Notes under the pieces: model-generated
The model's input: only the letters and a program-made list of their open reading frames with translations
The model's database searches: none
Told to the model about the DNA's origin: nothing
Shown: positions 60,931 through 64,000 of the stretch, one piece after another
How the letters are laid out: each line of letters opens with the position of its first letter
Position numbering within the stretch: the first letter of the stretch is position 1
Origin: Octopus bimaculoides
Taxonomy: Eukaryota
DNA length: 64,000 bases
Assembly: GCF_001194135.2 (NCBI RefSeq)
Contig: NC_068981.1
Span: 2,582,242 to 2,646,241, forward strand
Reading direction: 5' to 3'
Translations under genes and position numbers: made by a program

Positions 60931-61774
60931 TATGTATGTGTGTTAATAATTCGCAAATCAAAATATACAAAAATACAGCCAAACAATAGATGTAAAAAAA
61001 AAAAAAAAGCAGTGAACAGATACAAATGAGACCAATAGATATCATTCAACTACGGTAGTAGTTGAATAATATTCTTAAAGCCACAATTTACTCACAGTAG
61101 CATCTTTCAGAGCTTGTCACTAATTCAGTTCTTAACCTAATAGAAAACTGTTAACCTTTTTGAAGAGGACTGGCATAAAAAATTGAGATTTGGTCTTGTA
61201 GAAAAAAGTTTACATCAAAATTTGTAGCAACATTATAGAGTAACTCTACCAATGAAGTTTAAATAACTTTTTTATTTTAAAAGCAAAATATATTTATCTT
61301 AGCTTCAATGATAGAAGAAAGCATGTGGAATTTCATAGTTTTGGTCTCATACAACAAAAATTTCTATCAAAAAAGGTGTGAGGTAAAATATCATGAAAAA
61401 ATATAAGTAAGGCAAAAAATTGGATTTAAGTATAATTAATTTTTTTTATTTTAAAAAGAAACTATATTTTGATTAAGCTTAAATGATAGAGTTCAGTTCG
61501 AGGAATTTCATGGTACCAATCTCATGCAATGAAGTTTTAAAAGAAAAAAAAATTATGAGTGTTTTTTTTCTCAAATTTGAGGGTGATAATATAGTTCTAT
61601 ACTTTTTATGAATATAGTTCTAGGAGACTTTTAATATATGTCACCAGCATCATTGAGGTAAGGAAAAAATTATCAACAGCATTACTAATTGACACATTTG
61701 ACGATGATGACACATTATTAATTAGCATAATAGCATAGCCTGGAAAAAACATGGATTACATAGGAAAATGTATG

Positions 61775-62092
61775 GCACCTTGGGCAAGTGTCTTCTACTA
61801 TAACCTCTAGCCTTGTGAGTGCATTTGGTAGACGGAAACTGAAAGAAGTCTGTTGTATATATTTATATATATATATATATGTATGTATGTATGTGTGTGT
61901 CTGTGTTTGTTCCCCCCAACATCGCTTGACAACTGATGCTGATGTGTTTATGTCCCTGTAACTTAGCGCTTTCAGCAAAAGAGACCGATAGAATAAGTAC
62001 TAGGCTTACAAAGAATGTCCTGATGTCGATTTGCTCTACTAAAGGCGGCACTCCAGCATGGCCACAGTCAAATGACTGAAACAAGTAAGAGA
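61775..62092 (+). mobile_element. SINE family B, 5'-truncated
   Basis: Family match. Confidence 0.85.
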
Positions 62093-62364
62093 ATACATAT
62101 AAATCTGAAAGGTTGTAAAGGTAGTGATAATAAATTTCATAGAAAGTCATAGGCTGTCTCCTGAGCATTCATCACTCGCAATTGGGAGAGTAGAAAACCA
62201 TGCTGTGTTTATTCAACAGTATGCTGTTCCCTACCTGCCATCACTTTGAACCTTACCAGATAGATAATGAGACATTTTATGGGTGGATGAATGCAAAATA
62301 TCATGTTGTGGACATTTGGCATGGAATATTAGAATAAATCAAAACACTTTTATTGTGTATGTAT

Positions 62365-62396
<32 letters not shown>

Positions 62397-63199
62397 GATA
62401 TAAAACTTTTGCATGCCAAACAGGTGTGTATTTTCTTTTTGGACTGATTTGATTACAGCTGAGTTGGTTAAAAGCATAAAGTTACTACAAGCAGAAAGAA
62501 ACAGTTGTTATCAGTTGCAAGTGTCTAAATGTCCACTTTTCCATGCTGTTATGAGTTGGACAGATCTATTGATATTGCTATTCGGTTTTATCTTTTGTCA
62601 TCTCTGCTGTGAGACCCAACATCCCAAGAGCTCTGATCTTATCACTTTCCACTCATTGTTGGTCTTTTTTTTTTATTGGTATAATCCTAGTTCAAAACAC
62701 TTTTTCATATAGTACTTTTGATCCATTCACTTCACATGTTCATATCAACCCTGTGATATATTTATTTATTGGTCAGTTTTGTTTTAATCAAATATGCATT
62801 GCCAGACTGATGGAATCTTGTGTCAGAGGAACACTCTGGAACTTCTGGAATTCTCACAGTCTTATCCAACCCCTGAAATTTGGATTTATCCTCAACTCCT
62901 GTTATTACACAACATGCTTCACGTTGATGATGATGATGATGATGATGATTGCTGTTTGCATAGAAATTCATGGCCTAATGTTTCTTTTTTAATTTTATGA
63001 TCACTTGCTGTAAAACTGACTAATTTATAATGTAAGCAAGAATTTATTATTGAAACTTGAGACATAGTTATTTGCTTCAGGCCATTTAACTGATATCTTA
63101 AGAGAAAATGCTATATATGCTTTCAGTAACATAATTCATTCTGTTTTGAAATGATGTAATTATTATTTTGAGTTTTTTTTTTTGTTTCCATTTTTTGCT

Positions 63200-63410
63200 G
63201 AAGGAGAAAATGTAATGATTCTTTGGGACTTTCCAGCACATACAGACAGAACCATCAAAGCTAATAAACTATATATTGTTGGAAAAGACTAAAGTAATGT
63301 CTGTTTACTGATTGACATAAATATCCCTTGTGATTACATTTTGGTAAAAGAATTTGACAAGCTCAGAAAATATAAAGATTTGCGCACTGAAAAAAAATGT
63401 GTTATCTTAA
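63200..63410 (+). mobile_element. R4/Dong-like RLE fragment
   Basis: ENVMILWDFPAHTDRTIKANK...CLLIDINIPCD...KEFDKLRKYKDL. Confidence 0.78.
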
Positions 63411-63443
63411 AGTCATTTCATTTATTATTATTACTATTATTAT

Positions 63444-63665
63444 TAAGGCAGTGAGCTGGTAGAATAGTTTAACAGACTGGACAAAATGCAAAATGCTTAG
63501 TATTTCATTAGTCTTTATGTTCTGAGTTCAAATTCTGTCAAGATCAACTTTGCCTTTCGTCCTTTCGGGAGTCACTAAAATAAGTACCAGTTGAGTACTG
63601 GGGCCAATGTAATTTACTATCCCCCCCACCCAAATTCTAGACCTTTTGTGCCTATAATAGAAAAG
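63444..63665 (+). mobile_element. SINE family A (tail type 2)
   Basis: Family match, preceded by (TTA)n. Confidence 0.8.
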
Positions 63666-64000
63666 AAAGGAATATTATCATGATGATTTCAATTTTATGT
63701 AGATTTCTACTTCTCTATGTGCACCTGTGTCCTTCAGCATTGTCTTTTGGTAAAGTGTAGAATTCTGATCATAGAGAGGAGGGAATAATTGTAGTTATTG
63801 TAGTGAACACAAACTTAGACCTAACTTGGTCTGCCTTAATTTGCATAACATTGCAAGTATGAAAAGTAACAGAATTAATAGCATCATTACTCAGTATTAG
63901 AGATGTATATTAAAGTGTGTTTTTAGTAATTGCACATTTCGACCCCACCGTGAAAAGTTATTGGCTACAATTCTCCCTGTAATCATTCACTGTTTATCTG

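Noticed and set aside
62807-63000. ORF ending in poly-Asp (TDGILCQRN...DDDDDDDD)
   Set aside because: The poly-Asp is a (GAT)n tract like the RTE tails, the phase does not fit the 60589 exon, and no family is recognised

Overview
AT-rich, microsatellite- and transposon-dense eukaryotic DNA with 14 assembly gaps. The SINE/LINE content and repeat style resemble a coleoid cephalopod (octopus-like) draft genome; this is an inference. Almost all ORFs in the supplied track are microsatellite, gap or decayed-TE artefacts. The main result, invisible in the ORF track, is a minus-strand gene assembled by hand from 11 short coding exons (17528 to 1018, continuing past the window start). All junctions are phase 1 and all internal exons are multiples of 3 (39-63 nt). 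The product is a signal peptide (MSKPCFALVALLAVIAFSEVQG) followed by a Cys-free, cationic Pro/Trp/Lys-rich repeat region built from two alternating micro-exon types. One recently duplicated exon pair shows more exon than intron divergence, and one donor is a predicted GC. Also present: two duplicated plus-strand terminal-exon-like units (45061, 49590), a CpG-rich promoter-like island near 53.3-53.8 kb, three tRNA-derived SINE families, RTE, CR1, R4/Dong-like, HERO-like and Penelope retroelement fragments, mariner/Tc1 relics, several MITEs, and a TTAGGG array inside inverted repeats.
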